A stretch of DNA of 64,000 bases, from NCBI GenBank assembly GCA_040954595.2, contig CM082597.2, positions 3,929,924 through 3,993,923 of the forward strand, in the 5' to 3' direction. Numbering within the stretch: position 1 is the stretch's first letter; every line of letters begins with the position of its first letter. The translations under genes were made by a program, and so were the position numbers. The notes under the pieces are model-generated. The model was not told the origin of the DNA and searched no databases. It saw only the letters and a program-made list of their open reading frames with translations. Source of the DNA: Balanoglossus misakiensis. Taxonomy: Eukaryota; Animalia; Hemichordata. This document shows positions 1 to 13,186 of this stretch, piece by piece.

Positions 1-2090
1 GATATCATAAAAGCTTTCCTTCGTGTTGGTTTAACGACATTAGCGTTGGCCAGTCCAGTTTCCTGTAGTTCTATAACTTTGTTCAGATACTCTTCTCTGG
101 ACAGACAGACAGGTATCACGCAACTGTAGCACATCATTTGTCCTATAAACGACCCTCTGGCTGCCGTTTTGTTACTGTAAAAATAACTTCCATACTATTT
201 GTGTCATTTTTTGCCGTATGTAGATTTTAGGCGAACAGGAAGAACCGTTTAACATACACTTTAACTGTGATGGCCAATCACTGTACTGATGAATAGGACT
301 TTGCTGTAACATTCATCGAACACAATTTTAAAACACTTTTTTCTCCATTGACTTGGAAAATGGGTTATCGCGTTCTATTTCATAGCTGACGTGACTGAGA
401 CATCGATCTATTTCCGTAGTTACGCTTCATATAATTTTGTCGATTATTTTTTGCAACTCTTAAATGTGTTGATATTAGGTCGTATGGAAGTGTGCCGTTG
501 AATAAAAACGATCGTGAAAGGTAACCATAATTATATCAGGGTGCATAATAAGTGGCAAGCGTGTTCCGGAATTTCAATGCATGTGTCTGTCTGTCAGTCT
601 TTTAACACTTGTTATTAATTTTCAATAAACACTATAATAATTTCCGGTTGTATACTGTAATTGGTCACAACGTGTAACTAAATATTTTGATGAATATATA
701 CGTACATGAAATTAGATAATTATGGCATATACGAACGAGGCTGGCGCTGTATTGTCGTTTGTTCCACCTGTGCGTTCCATGCGACAGTGGGAGTTTCGTG
801 ACGTCACGTCGTTCACCAAAAGAATTCCATTGACACTTGCGGCTTCGAGGAATCCGAATGTGAGCAATCTTGTCTATAAGCCCTCATAATTTGTGATTTC
901 TGTAATCCAAAACTTGGTCTGCAGCCTGACGCATTGCTTGGAAATGCCAGATGGCAACGGTGGAATCGTTGAAGCGTTTGAACAATGAAGGTGTGAGGTA
1001 CGTATGTAAAACAACAGTCAAATATATGTAAATTTGTCCGTGCGTTCACGTGTTTTAGCGCACTTTTTATCAATGGTCGTTTCTGTTATCGGCAGCAGTA
1101 CACTATGTTACTTAGGTATACATGTATACCGTTGTATGGTGGGGCATATAGCCGTTCATCCAATTAACGCATGGGTCTTGTCAGGACGCGACCCAAGACA
1201 AATCATAATACAATAGTAATCGGATAATCCAAAGAAAACATTGTCAGATGCATCGCCAAATTACCCGCATTCAAAATAGCGCAATGCGTCACTGGATCTA
1301 AACAAACATCCAGGTACATAATTATCCTTTCACAAGTTTCTCGTGGTAATTTTGTCGCGTCCAATTTATTTCAAATTGGACAAAACTATGATTCGTGTTA
1401 GCGTTTGAATGGGGAAAAGAAACTGGGCCTTTTAACATCTATGTTTGACTCGTCTGCATACATGTATGGCTATGAATGCTGAAGAAAAAAGTAATGCACA
1501 AGACACTTTAACTCGACTAACAGCTGACAGTATTTCCAGTACAATGCACAAATGATAGACAGCCCCCAGCGTAGGAAAAATAAGCGAACAAATCGTGACG
1601 AACGTCTGTAAAATACAAAACCGAAATCGATTTTTGTTGCAATATTTTTTTCCCGCTTGCATTACTGTTATCGATTATGACTTGGTCAACTCACAGCAAG
1701 CAGCGTTTGAAAAAAAAGTCTGAAGCGGTCCTCAATGAAGGAAACCCGAGGAGTGAGATTGTGGTGAGTGCAATCTCGATTGTGTGCCCGACAAAGACAG
1801 TTTCTTCGCGGTGTTGATTTTACCCCTTCGATTGTCACGACGTTCGGTTCCCCACTTCCCCTATTTCTTTTAATGTAGCTTGTATCGATTTAAGTTAGTG
1901 GGTTTTTGCTCGCTGTTTGGGGCAGTATTAAATATAGGTGTAAGTAATCGTTTAGCTTTTAGTGCAAATATCGATAGAAATTACAGAGTAGCTTTTATAA
2001 GATATCAATGCGACGGAAAAGGGAGAATTGTCGTTTACAGAAGTTTTCATAATGGAGACCTATTATTCACGCTGATCAGGTTATTACCAA

Positions 2091-2125
<35 letters not shown>

Positions 2126-2146
2126 GCCTGGCTGTCTGTCTGTTAG

Positions 2147-2302
2147 ACTCTCTCACAGCCCCTCTCGTCGTCCATGCAGGCTTATGGACTGATTGCATGT
2201 GTGCCCGCTACACAACACCATATGGGGCCGTGCTGAAGGAACTAAACAGTTGAGGGCGCATCAGTGAAGAGCCTTGTAGCGAACCGTGGGCTGTGAGAGA
2301 GT
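2147..2302. mobile_element. MITE-like foldback element
   Basis: 15-bp terminal inverted repeats ACTCTCTCACAGCCC (2147-2161) and GGGCTGTGAGAGAGT (2288-2302), TA just outside each end, embedded in (TCTG)n. Confidence 0.6.
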
Positions 2303-2811
2303 GTATCTGTCTGTCTGTCTGTCTAACTAACTGACTGACTGACTGCCTCTTCCTCTGCCCCACGTAACCTATCAACAGCAAAATTTACAAGTCCAAATGG
2401 AACTAATATAATACAAGTTCAGTTGGACTGTCGATAAAATGTCTCGGCATTAAGTTAGATCACACGCCTTTTTACCACAGTACTGAGATATTATGAAAAG
2501 AGGTGAAGCGAGGTCTGCCGCAATGTAGTTTTTCATATCCGTTGGTTTACAACATTGCTTGACTAATATTAGGATGTAATTGGCCCGTGCCGCAAAGGTA
2601 CGTTTTCTAGTGATGGACATGTCATAATGCGCAGGTATTTCCTGGCATCAACGCGCAGACCACTGGTTGCCGTGCCAACCATTTGATTTCCCTCCGCCGC
2701 GCGTCAAAAGGGTCCAGCCAAACGATCTGTTTGAGGAGAGTGTCAGCGTATTCCTCGCAACGCGCACACTGCGCAGGGGGTCCCTTTCACTTGCTCATGA
2801 GCTCATAAAAC

Positions 2812-5800
2812 ATGATTATTGAACGGTCTGTCGTAATGCCAACCTCGGCGACAAAGAAAGCGGTGAGTTTACACTGAGGACCGTGTCAGGGGTTCCTGGC
2901 AGGCAAACACTATCGTGGCCCTTGACGTGTGTTTGTGTGTGTGATCAGAGACAGCTCGCTCGGACATTTACCACTGAAATAGCTATACCCAGATGCAGTA
3001 TGGTAGCGACGTCCGTTATGAGAGTCGAGTGGAGACCGGGCGGCTGAAACTTCCACCTATTAAGGGGGCAAGACCACGATCACGTTTAAGGTCAGTTCGC
3101 TGTTACAGTCGATAACGGGAAATCGATACGAAGGTCAAATGCGATTGTGGAGAGCTGTCAACTTATGGTCTTGTATTTTTATCGCATACATGCTTTAATT
3201 ATCGTGGTGTCCCGGTCTGATATTTTCAGTGAATTCTCTACCTTGACAAAATATTGTTGTTTTAGCACGCCGACTGTTCTCATCAAGCCTGTACAATTGA
3301 ATTGGTACACGTAATACTATATTGATTTTCACAACAAGTGATTCTACAGCCAAGCACATGTGATGGAATCCGCAACAAATGGGCCTTGGACTCTAAATTG
3401 TGAAAGTCGGTGGCGGTGTTTACAATAACAGTGTCCATTAGGGGCTATCTTTGAGCGGGGCTTATATTTTCAACTTGCATATTTCAGCGCATTTAGTACA
3501 GTTCACATGTGTGTTTCGTTGACTGATTATTTTATTCTCTTCCCTGATATCAACCGACGACGTTTTGCACGCAATCATCCGGGTTAGTTCGAATTCCGCT
3601 GTTCCAAGCGTGGTTTGCTGTTCAATGCGAAGACTGCTGAATTAACTTGCACGTTTGATTTTGTCGTGTTCGTTTGTGTGTATGTGTTTTTCACCATTCT
3701 TGTCGTACTTATGTGTGGTGTGTGAAGGGGTATATGCAAATTTCTTGTTGATAATTAATGGAAGTGACGACTGAGAGACATATTACTTTCAACACCTCCC
3801 CCGTACACAATGGAAGACGAAAACTGTAAAATGACGCAAAGCTTCATAAAATACCCTGGCGAGCATTAGCAGGCCATGAAACGTTTACTGGAGTAGGGCA
3901 GTTTCTTTCAGTCTGTGTACAAACACATCTGGAGCGTGGAATAAACAGATGTAACCTATCAACACCAGGCAGTAGGAACGAGCCGACCTCGTTCCGATTA
4001 AGTTGCATGTACTTTGTAAAAGTTGTTTCAAACACCGAGACTCAGTTCAACGGTGATTAAGTGAGAGACTACACGAAGTGAATTCAACCAGTCTCTCCTT
4101 TTCACGCCACGAAGACTTTTTATCACTTCACTGACAGTATCCATTTAGCGTAATCTCCTTATAATTGATGACACCGTTAATCGGACAATAGCAACGAGTC
4201 GTATTTTATTTAAGCCTTTGTTACAGACGCTTACCTGTCCTCATTATCCTTGCATCCCCCAACAACAGACCAGTGTCTGTGTGTCTCAAAGGGCCAGGCT
4301 TGTCCTTTCAGATCTCGGCACTATTCTATGTGCCAATTAAAAAAATTGCAACCTATACGACTTCGCAAGAAACTGTGTACGTTACCGAATTTATTAGCTG
4401 TTAACTGCCTGCCTGCCAGTAGTAACCTAGTTTGCCGTCACTGTTTCTAGGTCATTGCAACGATTTGAACGCCGGCGAAAAGCATCTTCTCCAAAATGGT
4501 CTTTTAAAATCGCGACCAAAATACTGTCGATTACTTTTCTGAAATCAAAAAGAAAATTGAGTAAGCAGCGCATAACGTTAACTGTTCAAATGTTGGTAAT
4601 AAACAGCGATTGTAAGCACAGCCTTAGACCCTTGGGTCTATGGCAAAGCCAATGTTATACAACTATTGGTCAATGCCATGGGGGGGGGGGGGGTACCAAA
4701 CCAGTGAAAATTCTGTGACTGGTTTTCTACAAAGTAAAGACGTTGAAAATGAGAACCCGACTGTAAAGCTAAATTAAATGCCATTTAGAAATTTATAAGA
4801 AATGCTAATGTAAAACTCATTAAGTGTTGAATTGCGTGACCGTCAAATATAATCGATTATTGAGTGACGTTGTTGTGGGCGGCAATCAATATTCCGCCAT
4901 GTTTGTTGATGATCAAACACTGAATAATAATATAAAATTGTTATAACGGTTGTTGTTTACGTTTGCTCACTGCTATATGTCCTAATATTACCCCCACAGA
5001 CTCTCCCATGGTCACGTGGTTGAATTTGCCACCAGTTACAGCAATGATTACTCGGCGAAGGAGGTGGTTTCTCGTCAACAACGACCTTCGTCAAGGTCAC
5101 GCAAACACAACCCACATCCCAGCCATCTGTACCATCTCAGAAGACTGTATAACGAGGTTAGTTTGTTTGTTTGTTTGTTTGTTTGTTTGTTTGTTTGTTT
5201 GTTTGTTTGTTTGTTTGTTTGTTTGTTTGTGGTGTGTGTCAGAGATTGAGTGGTGGGTACGTATTTTTCGGTGCACACGAGGATGACAACCTAATTACGT
5301 TCGTGAGATTTCGTGCAAGTAGGTAACCGCACGAGGCCCGGAATTTTCCTGTAGCCTGATCACGTGGTTCTATTCCATTAGCACTTTGCGTAATCACAAT
5401 GGCCCTATTTAATTTACACAATTATTGCATTAACTAATTGTTAGCGTTTGTAACAAGTGGCCCTCGGGAACACAGTTACATTTCACAAATTTTGCCATAA
5501 AATAACGAGAGAGACTTTTACACATATAACACAAATTTGGTTCTTAACACAAATTAAATGACAATTGAGTTAATATTCAAACTGAGCAACAGTGGTTCTG
5601 CACTTTTTGCACATTTTGGTGATGTGCGTACATTGCCGCAGTTCCCAACCAAATCTCCATCGCACGTACTTCGAGGCTTACCACATAACTCAACAATATT
5701 TCGATTCCCATGTGCAACTGATATTTGGAAAGAAAACACTATAATACACAACTACCCGGGGAGTCGTTATGTAGAATCACTCGGCCCTCATGTAACACAA

Positions 5801-7557
5801 GCCCGGTTAGCTCAGTCGGTAGAGCGTGGGACTTTTAATCCTAAGGTCAAGGGTTCGACCCCCTTAGCGGGCGATAATTCTTTTATTCCCGTTTCTTGTT
5901 TTCTGCCAACACCAGATTGGGGTTACCATGTGCAGTTCTTACGGCTATCGAGTACCGTTATGTTTTCATATTCAAAATTATGACCGGAAGCGGAAGTGCT
6001 ACGAGCAAAAAAAAACAAATAATAGGAACTAACTTTTGATCCTGGACTGCGTTCACAAAGTACTTAATACTTAAACTAATGCACAGTTTGCAATCTTCCT
6101 TGATATTTTGAATTGGTGAATTTTAATGTGTTTTTATATTGAATATTTTCAGTATAAATGAACATGTTTATAATTTCTGTTCCCAGCCGGTATGTCACGT
6201 CAGAACGCTGTTCAAAGGACAGGAACTCACTGGACGGGATGCCTCAGATGATTGCCTAGCAACGTCAATGCGGGAGCACTATCCCCCAAGGAAGATGCCA
6301 TCGCATAAAAACACAAGATTCGGGTGCAATAAACACAAAAGATATTTCGCCGATGGAATAGGTAGATTGAAATATTTTATATGTTAATATTTACCGCCTG
6401 GTTGTTCGTGTTAATATGTCACTGAATAAACTAAGTGGGGATTTGTCAAACTGCAGCCAGAAATTACTTCCTTGGTCGTCCCTTTTCTCCGCACAGAGAT
6501 TCTAGCTAACCTAGCTAGGGGGACTGGCCGCAGAGTGGCTGCCAGTCAGACCCTCTAGCTAGGTTAGAATTATCCACGTGTTACAATCTCTGTACGGAGA
6601 ATGGGTCGTCCTGCGTAGATAATCACACAGGCTATAAAGATGGTTACTGCCTCCGCTAGAATATGTATCTGCACTTTCGTTTCAGTGCCACATGACTCGA
6701 AGAAGGAGCCGAAAGTGTCACTGACGTCATTTCCGGAACGGATGTTACCAGCGTGTTCGAAGGTACGAAAACCTATGAGACACATTCGACGTTCTGGTGA
6801 TATAATTCGCAATATTTTGCTGTCAGCATCAAATATTACCCTTTCACCCCTAATTCCATCTGTAGAGGTCCAACTTTACCATAGAACATAATAGCTTGGG
6901 CTGAACCATAGCGACGAAAGGGTTAACTTTTACTACCGAGTACACCATGTGTGGCCGGATGTAAAATTATCGTTTGTGTTTTCTCGTTTTGCAGACGACA
7001 ACGATGACGACGGAAAAACCGTACGTGCCCAAGCTTAAAAGGCTGGAACCTCTGCCAAAAGGTAATCAACAACGTGATCGCCAACCCTACACCCACTAAT
7101 ACATACATACGTTTTCCAGAGACCTGTAAGTCCGTCCATCCATTCATCTATCCACCAATCCCTCTTCACACATCCAGCCGTCTGCCCAGTCTCCACACAG
7201 ACTATAGACAAGTTCGGCGTCTACCCAGGCAGGGGCAGTTTGACTCGGATAATAACACATACCTTCCCTTTCCACACCACAGGTGAAAGCTGGGATCTGT
7301 CCGAGCCACTGTCATTCCTCATAGAGGATGACGTAGGCCACAGCATTGGGGTCCGTCGACCAATGAGGAAGCGCCAAATCCCGGGCAGCCGACACACAAC
7401 TCTGCAAGTAGCCTCGTTCAACGGCTCGCTGCCGGCCGACCCGAGCACCAGTATTACCGGTCGGAAACTCTCCAACCGACCGCCGGAGTTCTACGACTAC
7501 TACGATCGAAAGTGGGGTGCCGCTGATAACAAACCGAAATGGGTGGGGCCATACTGA
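2812..7557 (+). CDS. Uncharacterised 215-aa protein, 5 coding exons, possibly ciliary/axonemal
   Basis: Phase-compatible GT/AG exons 2812-2862, 2993-3090, 5000-5156, 6995-7061, 7283-7557 give one ORF (MIIERSVVMPT...LKLPPIKG...ATSYSNDY...RPSSRSRKHNPHP...KWVGPY*). AATAAA near 7694. X-box-like GTTGCCGTGCCAAC at 2666-2679. Confidence 0.65.
5161..5229. repeat. (GTTT)n microsatellite
   Basis: Perfect tetranucleotide run just after a splice donor. Confidence 0.95.
5801..5873 (+). tRNA. tRNA-Lys (anticodon UUU), intronic
   Basis: 73-nt cloverleaf GCCCGGTTAGCTCAGTCGGTAGAGC...; anticodon loop CTTTTAA (TTT at 5834-5836); T arm AAGGG-TTCGACC-CCCTT; TTTT Pol III terminator at 5881. G6:G67 mismatch in the acceptor stem. 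Confidence 0.88.
6506..6567. repeat. Short hairpin or mini foldback
   Basis: CTAACCTAGCTAG...GACTGGC pairs with GCCAGTC...CTAGCTAGGTTAG. Confidence 0.6.
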
Positions 7558-8251
7558 AATATATCCACGTATACGCTGGTGCGTATGCGCCACACAGAAC
7601 TATCTTTATGTTATGCATGGCGATTTGATGTGTACTTACGGCACGAACTCTCAAAATCGCCGACGTGCAATTCGTATTTCAGAGACATGTAAATAATAAA
7701 CAGTTTACAAAGTTCAAGATGAAGTTCTATATTTTATTTGAAAACTGCAGTAAATATTTACAAAGCCAATAATGTGAAGATTTTACAATACTCAGTCGTC
7801 TACTTGAAAATGATCCTGTGTTTCGTTGTGCACGTCACCTTTGACCTTTGGAATGTATACTTGAATCATAGACCCTGCAACTCTACTGAAACTCAAGATC
7901 AGTTGTCACCACAACTGTGCATGCGCGCAACTATATCGGTTTTAACCTCTCGTGTGTGTTCATATTGGGCAAGACAAATTTTTCAAATTCGCCTCATTTT
8001 TAGATATGCTCTTCACACTTTCAAGACCCTTATCATCAATGTGTTTATTGGACGGGTGCTTAGATATACATGTAGCGGTCTTTCAATAAAGCACTGGAAA
8101 CATCAGACAATTTGCAGGGTAAGGACGCCACCTATCGGCTGAGCTTTTTACGATTTTCTGAGTTCGTTTATACGATGAAAATACCATTTACGAATAAAGT
8201 TCACTTATGACGTTGGCGATGTGGAAGAATCAGGGGCGTCGATTTGTTTCT

Positions 8252-8282
<31 letters not shown>

Positions 8283-8853
8283 CAACATCCGGGTAGTGAA
8301 ATCTGACCCCCAACAACTTGAAGTCATGATTGAAAGAGCATAATACTTTGAAGTGGGATTGAAAGAATATACGCTTTTGAGAATTGATTTATAAGACATT
8401 TTTATTTACAAAGGCGAGAAATTGAGAAAAGGCACTGCAGATGTAATTAGTGATAGTTTTCAGTATTTCTATTTCTATTTTTTTCTTCCTGATTGTAGGC
8501 TGTGATGACAATCCGAATACTAGATATGTCCACATGTTGTAGGGTGTAGAACAAGAAACTATAGTGGATACATTGAATACAAGCACTGAATACAAGTACG
8601 GAAAATATAAACAAATGTTAGAGCCGCTCTCCCTTTCAAAATTGGAAAAGAAAAACAAAGTCCGTTCAAAAAGTCAACCGGTTTAAACTTGAAAACATAC
8701 AACGAAAACTTGATACTAATTTATAAAAAATGTGAGAATATCTGCGTATATTTTACATAATAGTGAATTATATAAAACCGCAACAGCCAACAGGCAGCCG
8801 TGACCAATTCAACTTTCATCACTAAAGTGGATTAATCTGCAGAGCGTTGTTAT

Positions 8854-11052
8854 TTATTCAGCAAATATTTTGATGCAGTGGTTCCTAGTGTCGGCAACAA
8901 CTATTCGGGGTATGACGTCATCAGTCAACGCGATGCCAGTTGGGAAGTCAAAGTTGTCATTACCGCTATCGACACGCGAGATGATTTTACCCTGCATGTC
9001 TAGTTTACTGACAGCAAATGTACCATACCCACCATGAGTGACATACAGGAATCTGTCACCGTGAATAGCCACACCTCGAGCACCGATTATCTCTACGGAT
9101 TCCATGACGACTTTACCATGCACATCGCAACCATACACACGGTCTTCGTCATAGTCTGCCACGTACAATGTCCCTGTGCTGCTGATGTCCACAAAGTACG
9201 GCCCTTCGAAGGTCACGTGACCACTACCCTGCTTGCCCAGAGTTCTGACATGTTTTCCCTCTTGTGTGTACACTTCCACCAACCCTTCATTGCACACGTA
9301 GACGTTGCCATCGATTGGGTGAATTGAAATACCGATGGGGTCCTTCAGTTCTCCCTGACCGAAGCATCTGATCAGGTGACCGTCGTCATCACTGACAACT
9401 ACTTGATTATTGCCTCCATCTGTTGTGAAGTACGCATTGTCGGGTGAGATGGCTACATCCTGGGGTTGGAATGGCTTCTTAAATTTGGTGAAAGTTATGC
9501 TTTTCATGAAGTTCCAGTCTTTGTCGAATATTTGTAGGCGGCTGTTGTTTCTGTCCGCGATGACGAAATTTCCGTGTCTGTCTTTTGTGATTCCGCAGGG
9601 AGAAGAAAAGTTGCCGTCTCCGCTTCCCTGTTTACCGATGGTTCTAATCAGACCAGGTGCATGCGTAGAAAATTCAAATGGTGATCCGGGTAAGCTCTGG
9701 TTATCTATCGTCATGGAAACACGGTAGGTACCTTTACTGTGTGCAGTGATGATTGCAGCATGTGTTCCGTCGAAATTGTGATGAAATTCAAGCTGATTCG
9801 TTTCACCGTTCGGTTTCCGTACAGAGCCGACGAGTTTCTGTCTCGGAATGACGTCACAGCCCCTACTGTCTCTAGTCCGTACAATAAATTCAATACGTGC
9901 AGAATCACCGTGCCATATTTGTTTTGATACGTTTTCGATGACGCATTTCTGTACACTTGCATCAGCTTTTATCCATCCGAAGTCGCCAACATTGATGTCT
10001 GATTTTCCCTCGAATTCGAATTCATCTTTCTGCTCTTTATACTCATCTGGCGCGTCCAGAAGTTCACGGGCGCGGCGCGTCGTTTCTGGTCGCGTGGACA
10101 GCAAGTGCGCGGCATTCCCGTGATGCATCACAGTCTCTGCGTAAGTACGCACGCTGGAGACGTTCCCGAAATTGAAATCGAACTCTTGAATGAGAATATC
10201 CATGTGCTTCACTCTCACGTCGCTTTCTCTTTGTATCCCATCCACCAATCTTTGCTGATTGTTTCTTATCCTTTGAATGAGTTCCTCTGCTTTCCTGTTG
10301 ACCTTTTCCTGTTCTTGAAGACAGTGCGCCTGAATCCTGTCACGTGATGTCTTCATCGCTTTCAGGCTGCTTTGAACCTTGACCTCTTTCGCTTTCAGTC
10401 TTTCAATGTCGTCTCCCAGCTGTTCTCGGTATTCCGCGGCAGCTTCTTCCAGGTACCTGTGCGCATGCTCAGGAACGCGATGGTCGACCACTGTGCACTC
10501 TACGCAGACGGGTACCTGGCAAGTATCGCAGTAAAACTTTAACTTGCTGTCTGCGTGGACCGAACAGTTAACCGCGTGTTCTGCCACTGACTGCCGAGTG
10601 GACTTCGGTTCGCTGTGTTCGGCTATTGTCTTCACTTCGTGTGAACTCGTCGCTTTAATTTTTCTATGTCCTTTCGCACAGTTGTCACACAGATACTGGG
10701 CGCAGTTCACGCAAATATGTGACGCTGCGTTATCTTCACAAATTTCACAAATGTCATGTTTTTCTCCAGACACTAACTTTCTTCTCTCGATCACCAAATC
10801 AACCAGAGATTCCATCCAGAAATTTCCCTTCAATCCACTCACCCCGCCTTCAGGAAGTTGACAGAGCGTTTTACAGGTTGGGCAATTCAAGGCGCCATGT
10901 TTCTCCACCCAGGTGCACAAACACTGCTCACAGAACGTGTGTAGACACGGCAGAACTTTCGGGTTCTTGTACCGCTCCAGGCAGATCGAACAGGCGACGT
11001 AATCGTCGTCGATTCTGTTGAGGAAGTCGTCTAAATCAGCGGAGACGGCCAT
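8854..11052 (-). CDS. TRIM2/3-like RING-B-box-B-box-coiled coil-filamin-NHL protein, 732 aa, intronless CDS
   Basis: RING CSIC...LPCLHTFCEQC...CPTC; B-boxes CEIC...CVNC and CSVH...CDTC; filamin repeat ending GSPF; NHL repeats (FSSPCGI, ADRNNSRLQIF, ADTRNHCIKIF). Confidence 0.93.
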   Translation of the reverse strand: MAVSADLDDFLNRIDDDYVACSICLERYKNPKVLPCLHTFCEQCLCTWVEKHGALNCPTCKTLCQLPEGGVSGLKGNFWMESLVDLVIERRKLVSGEKHDICEICEDNAASHICVNCAQYLCDNCAKGHRKIKATSSHEVKTIAEHSEPKSTRQSVAEHAVNCSVHADSKLKFYCDTCQVPVCVECTVVDHRVPEHAHRYLEEAAAEYREQLGDDIERLKAKEVKVQSSLKAMKTSRDRIQAHCLQEQEKVNRKAEELIQRIRNNQQRLVDGIQRESDVRVKHMDILIQEFDFNFGNVSSVRTYAETVMHHGNAAHLLSTRPETTRRARELLDAPDEYKEQKDEFEFEGKSDINVGDFGWIKADASVQKCVIENVSKQIWHGDSARIEFIVRTRDSRGCDVIPRQKLVGSVRKPNGETNQLEFHHNFDGTHAAIITAHSKGTYRVSMTIDNQSLPGSPFEFSTHAPGLIRTIGKQGSGDGNFSSPCGITKDRHGNFVIADRNNSRLQIFDKDWNFMKSITFTKFKKPFQPQDVAISPDNAYFTTDGGNNQVVVSDDDGHLIRCFGQGELKDPIGISIHPIDGNVYVCNEGLVEVYTQEGKHVRTLGKQGSGHVTFEGPYFVDISSTGTLYVADYDEDRVYGCDVHGKVVMESVEIIGARGVAIHGDRFLYVTHGGYGTFAVSKLDMQGKIISRVDSGNDNFDFPTGIALTDDVIPRIVVADTRNHCIKIFAE

Positions 11053-13186
11053 CGTTACTCAAAATCTGTTTGGCAACTGAATGGAACTGTGACCCACTTC
11101 GGGGTTTGTTCGTTTAGAACCTCTCAGTTTTGTGAGAATTATCAATACGTGAGATTTTCGAGATAGCAGGCATCCGCTCATGTGATGATATAAAACAAAA
11201 CTTTCCTCTCTTTTGTCTTTTATTAACTTCTGTAAAAACTTCAAGACATTTTAATGCAATGATAAGAATATAAACTTGCTTTCCAACCATTGTGTAACTT
11301 AATAAGTCAATAGCTGTCATCGACTTAGGTGGTCTTAAGAGCATTGTTAGTCAGCTTAGAAGTTTGCACGTAGAGACGATAACAAGAATGATTTACCACT
11401 CAAAAAATGCTGATGTCGACAGGTAGCGATAACTGTACTTGCCCAGTGCAGCGCAGGTTAATTTTCAAGCGCAAAATATCATTACCGGGACTGGTTGCTT
11501 AGAGACAGGTTCTGAATGACAGGAATATGGATCGATGAACGAGGTGTGTACATGGTCCACTTGCCGCGTATTCAACAGAAGTGGGGACCTATTGTTCAGT
11601 TTGGCGAACTCAAACAGAAAAAAAATCAAGTGACCCAATTTATATGTCAGGATCCTCTGAATTCGCTCTCCAAATTAATTTGATAGCTCTAGCTATAATC
11701 AGAAAGGTAACATATGATATGAAGGGACAACGGCCATATCAGGTATCTGCAAATCAGTTATCTGCAAATCAGTTATCTGCAGAGCAATGAAAAGAAAAGG
11801 AAAGTTGCACATTTGGTGGGCGTTTTTCAACGCCTGGCACAAGTTTCTGTGTAAATATTGATGTCAAAAATTGGCTTCTGAAAATGTCAAAACTGCGACA
11901 CCTTAAGATCAAATTCGATTATTTTTGTCAAGTTATCGGTATCACCTGTCAATCAGCGATTTTTTTTCTTTTTTCACTTTGTTGTGCTGCTACCGAGAAG
12001 TAATGAATACCTCGGAGACCACAATGCAAAATTAGGTCAAAGTTCACAATATGAGGGGACAACTCATTGCAAAATATGGTCTTGTGAAAGTTTTCAGTTA
12101 AGAAGTTGTACACCGGATGTCGTTATGCGATGAATGCATCAACAAAGATACAATGAATACAGAACAATTGGAAACAAATTAAACAGTCAAAATGGATAAC
12201 ACACTTTGGTATGGCTGAAAAATGTGTTTCCTGTAACATGATCTAATCTGGTTTAACCCCACCTCAAGGTTTTATTCTCCGTTTGAAAGAAAATCTCACA
12301 GACTAACGCGAGATTGTGCAAATTTGGTCCCGAAATTCAAAATGATTACTTTCTCATCGCTCTCTCTGTCTCTCTCTCTCTCTGTCTCTCTCTCTCTCGT
12401 CACTCTTCCCCTCCCCCTCCTCCCTCTCAATGTTAAGGCCTCGAAATCATGTTCATTATTGCCAGACATATAAGGAGATATATACCATTGGGTCGACTTC
12501 ACCATGTATCATTTTGATCAAATGGAGTCGAAAAATATATGCACCGTATTCTGCAGCGGGAGTTTTGTATACAATGATCATACAGGTGTGAAGGGCGGGG
12601 TCACTGACCGAACGCCAACATCCGGGTAGTCAAATCTGACCCCCAACAACTTGAAGTCGTGATTGAAAGAGCATAATACTTTGAAGTGGGATTGAAAGAA
12701 TATACGCTTCTGAGAATTGATTTATAAGACATTTTTTTTTACAAAGGCGAGAAATTGAGAAAAGGCACTGCAGATGTAATTAGTGATAGTTTTCAGTATT
12801 TCTATTTCTATTTTTTTCTTCCTGATTGTAGGCTGTGATGACAATCCGAATACGAGATATGTCAATATGTTGTAGGGTGTAGAACAAGAAACTAGTGGAT
12901 ACATTGAATACAAGCACTGAATACAAGTACGGAAAATATAAACAAATGTTCCAGCCGCCCCGTTTCAAAATTGGAAAAGAAAAACAAAGTCTGTTCAAAA
13001 AGTCAACCGGTTTAAACTTGAAAACATTCAACGAAAACTTGACACTAATTTATAAAAAAAGGTGAGAATATCGGCGTATATTTTACATATTAATAGTGAA
13101 TAATATAAAACCGCAACAGCCAACAGGCAGCCGTGACCAATTCAACTTTCATCACTAAAGTGGATTAATCTGCAGAGCGTTGTTAT

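Noticed and set aside
1-142. Open minus-strand frame running off the window (GQMMCYSCVIPVCLSREEYLNKVIELQETGL...)
   Set aside because: Could be an exon of a neighbouring gene, but the acceptor is weak and no motif is recognisable.
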